Positions 60,528 to 61,000 of a stretch of DNA of 61,000 bases are shown one piece after another. The notes beneath the pieces were generated by a model. The model saw only the letters and a program-made list of their open reading frames with translations. It had not been told where the DNA came from and did no database searches. Source of the DNA: Promethearchaeota archaeon (lineage in GTDB: Archaea; Asgardarchaeota; Lokiarchaeia; Sigyniarchaeales; SOKP01). A program made the position numbers and the translations under genes. The number at the start of each line of letters is the position of its first letter. The first letter of the stretch is position 1. The DNA is taken from positions 1 through 61,000 of the forward strand of contig JBHLME010000007.1 of NCBI GenBank assembly GCA_048938445.1, in the 5' to 3' direction.

Positions 60528-61000
60528 TTACAGATATCTAGCAAAGTTAAAAATATAGTAATCAAAATCAAGTATATCTAATAATACCATGTCAAATATC
60601 CCTAATGAACAAAATATAATTCCAAGAAGCCCCATTACCATTCCAGCTTTTCGCATGCCATTTAGAGATTCAAATTCTCTTGCCTTATTACCATTCGACC
60701 TAGCCAAGATTCCAAATACCAATGCTGCAACTAGGATTAATGCTCGGATGATCAAAGTTGTTATCCAAGATGTGATACCATATTAATGATACATGTGATA
60801 TCCTTCTGACTTTAGAGGAGATAAAAATATTATTCCCGCAGCTAAATTTAATCCTAAAGTGGTTATTCCGAAAGCTAAACTTCTTATTGAATGTTTTCCA
60901 ATATCTTTTGGTACATGTGGTTTTTGTTGGTATTCAGATTGTGAGCTTGTTTGAGTATTCATTGCTGTTAGTTGGGAACCGGATTGAGTTGTTGATGAAG
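60528..61000 (-). pseudogene. Array copy 6: 5' end outside the window, in-frame TAA at 60785-60783
   Basis: One frame reads ...QSGSQL...IGKHSIRSLAFGITTLG...YHMYH*YGITSWITTLIIRAL...FGILARSNGNKA. Confidence 0.75.

Larger units (their letters stand above)
56954..61000 (-). repeat. Tandem gene array with period of about 700-740 nt
   Basis: Starts at 57505, 58228, 58965, 59661 and 60372 (spacings 723, 737, 696, 711). Upstream GAAAATT(A/T) leader is shared by several copies. Confidence 0.9.

Noticed and set aside
56943-60786. Recurrent short plus-strand ORFs with similar sequence (…ALLPFDLAKIP…)
   Set aside because: Their similarity simply mirrors the conserved minus-strand array genes.
56954-61000. 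Diversity-generating retroelement as the cause of the loop variation
   Set aside because: No reverse transcriptase and no template/variable repeat pair with adenine-only differences in the window; the loops also differ in length. A DGR acting in trans cannot be excluded.

Overview
AT-rich archaeal genomic window. The archaeal-type ProRS, TFB, thiolase/DUF35 pair and longin-like and BAR-like proteins point to an Asgard archaeon, most likely Lokiarchaeia (inference). 1-25 kb is mixed housekeeping, metabolic and signalling sequence: a duplicated 7TM + Zn-finger module, a PAS/PocR kinase, proS, tfb, a GlcD-like oxidoreductase and a three-gene glycerol-3-phosphate dehydrogenase-type operon. The standout is a tight 8-gene minus-strand operon (25377-37597) encoding an NphB/CloQ-type ABBA aromatic prenyltransferase, three U32-family proteins and four radical SAM enzymes. 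Two accessory domains recur across it as fusions: an ~80-aa helical DUF2621/PCP_red-like module (5 copies) and an SCP2-like lipid-binding domain (3 copies). This suggests an undescribed O2-independent multienzyme pathway to a prenylated aromatic or quinone-like lipid. It is followed by a region with six more cobalamin-dependent radical SAM genes, two LuxE-like acyl-protein synthetases, a CDP-alcohol phosphotransferase and a GT2. The window ends in a tandem array of zinc-ribbon/3TM genes with hypervariable outer segments; one copy has an ATG->ATT start change and one has an in-frame stop. No rRNA, tRNA, CRISPR array or transposase was recognised. All family calls come from motif reading by eye, without database searches.
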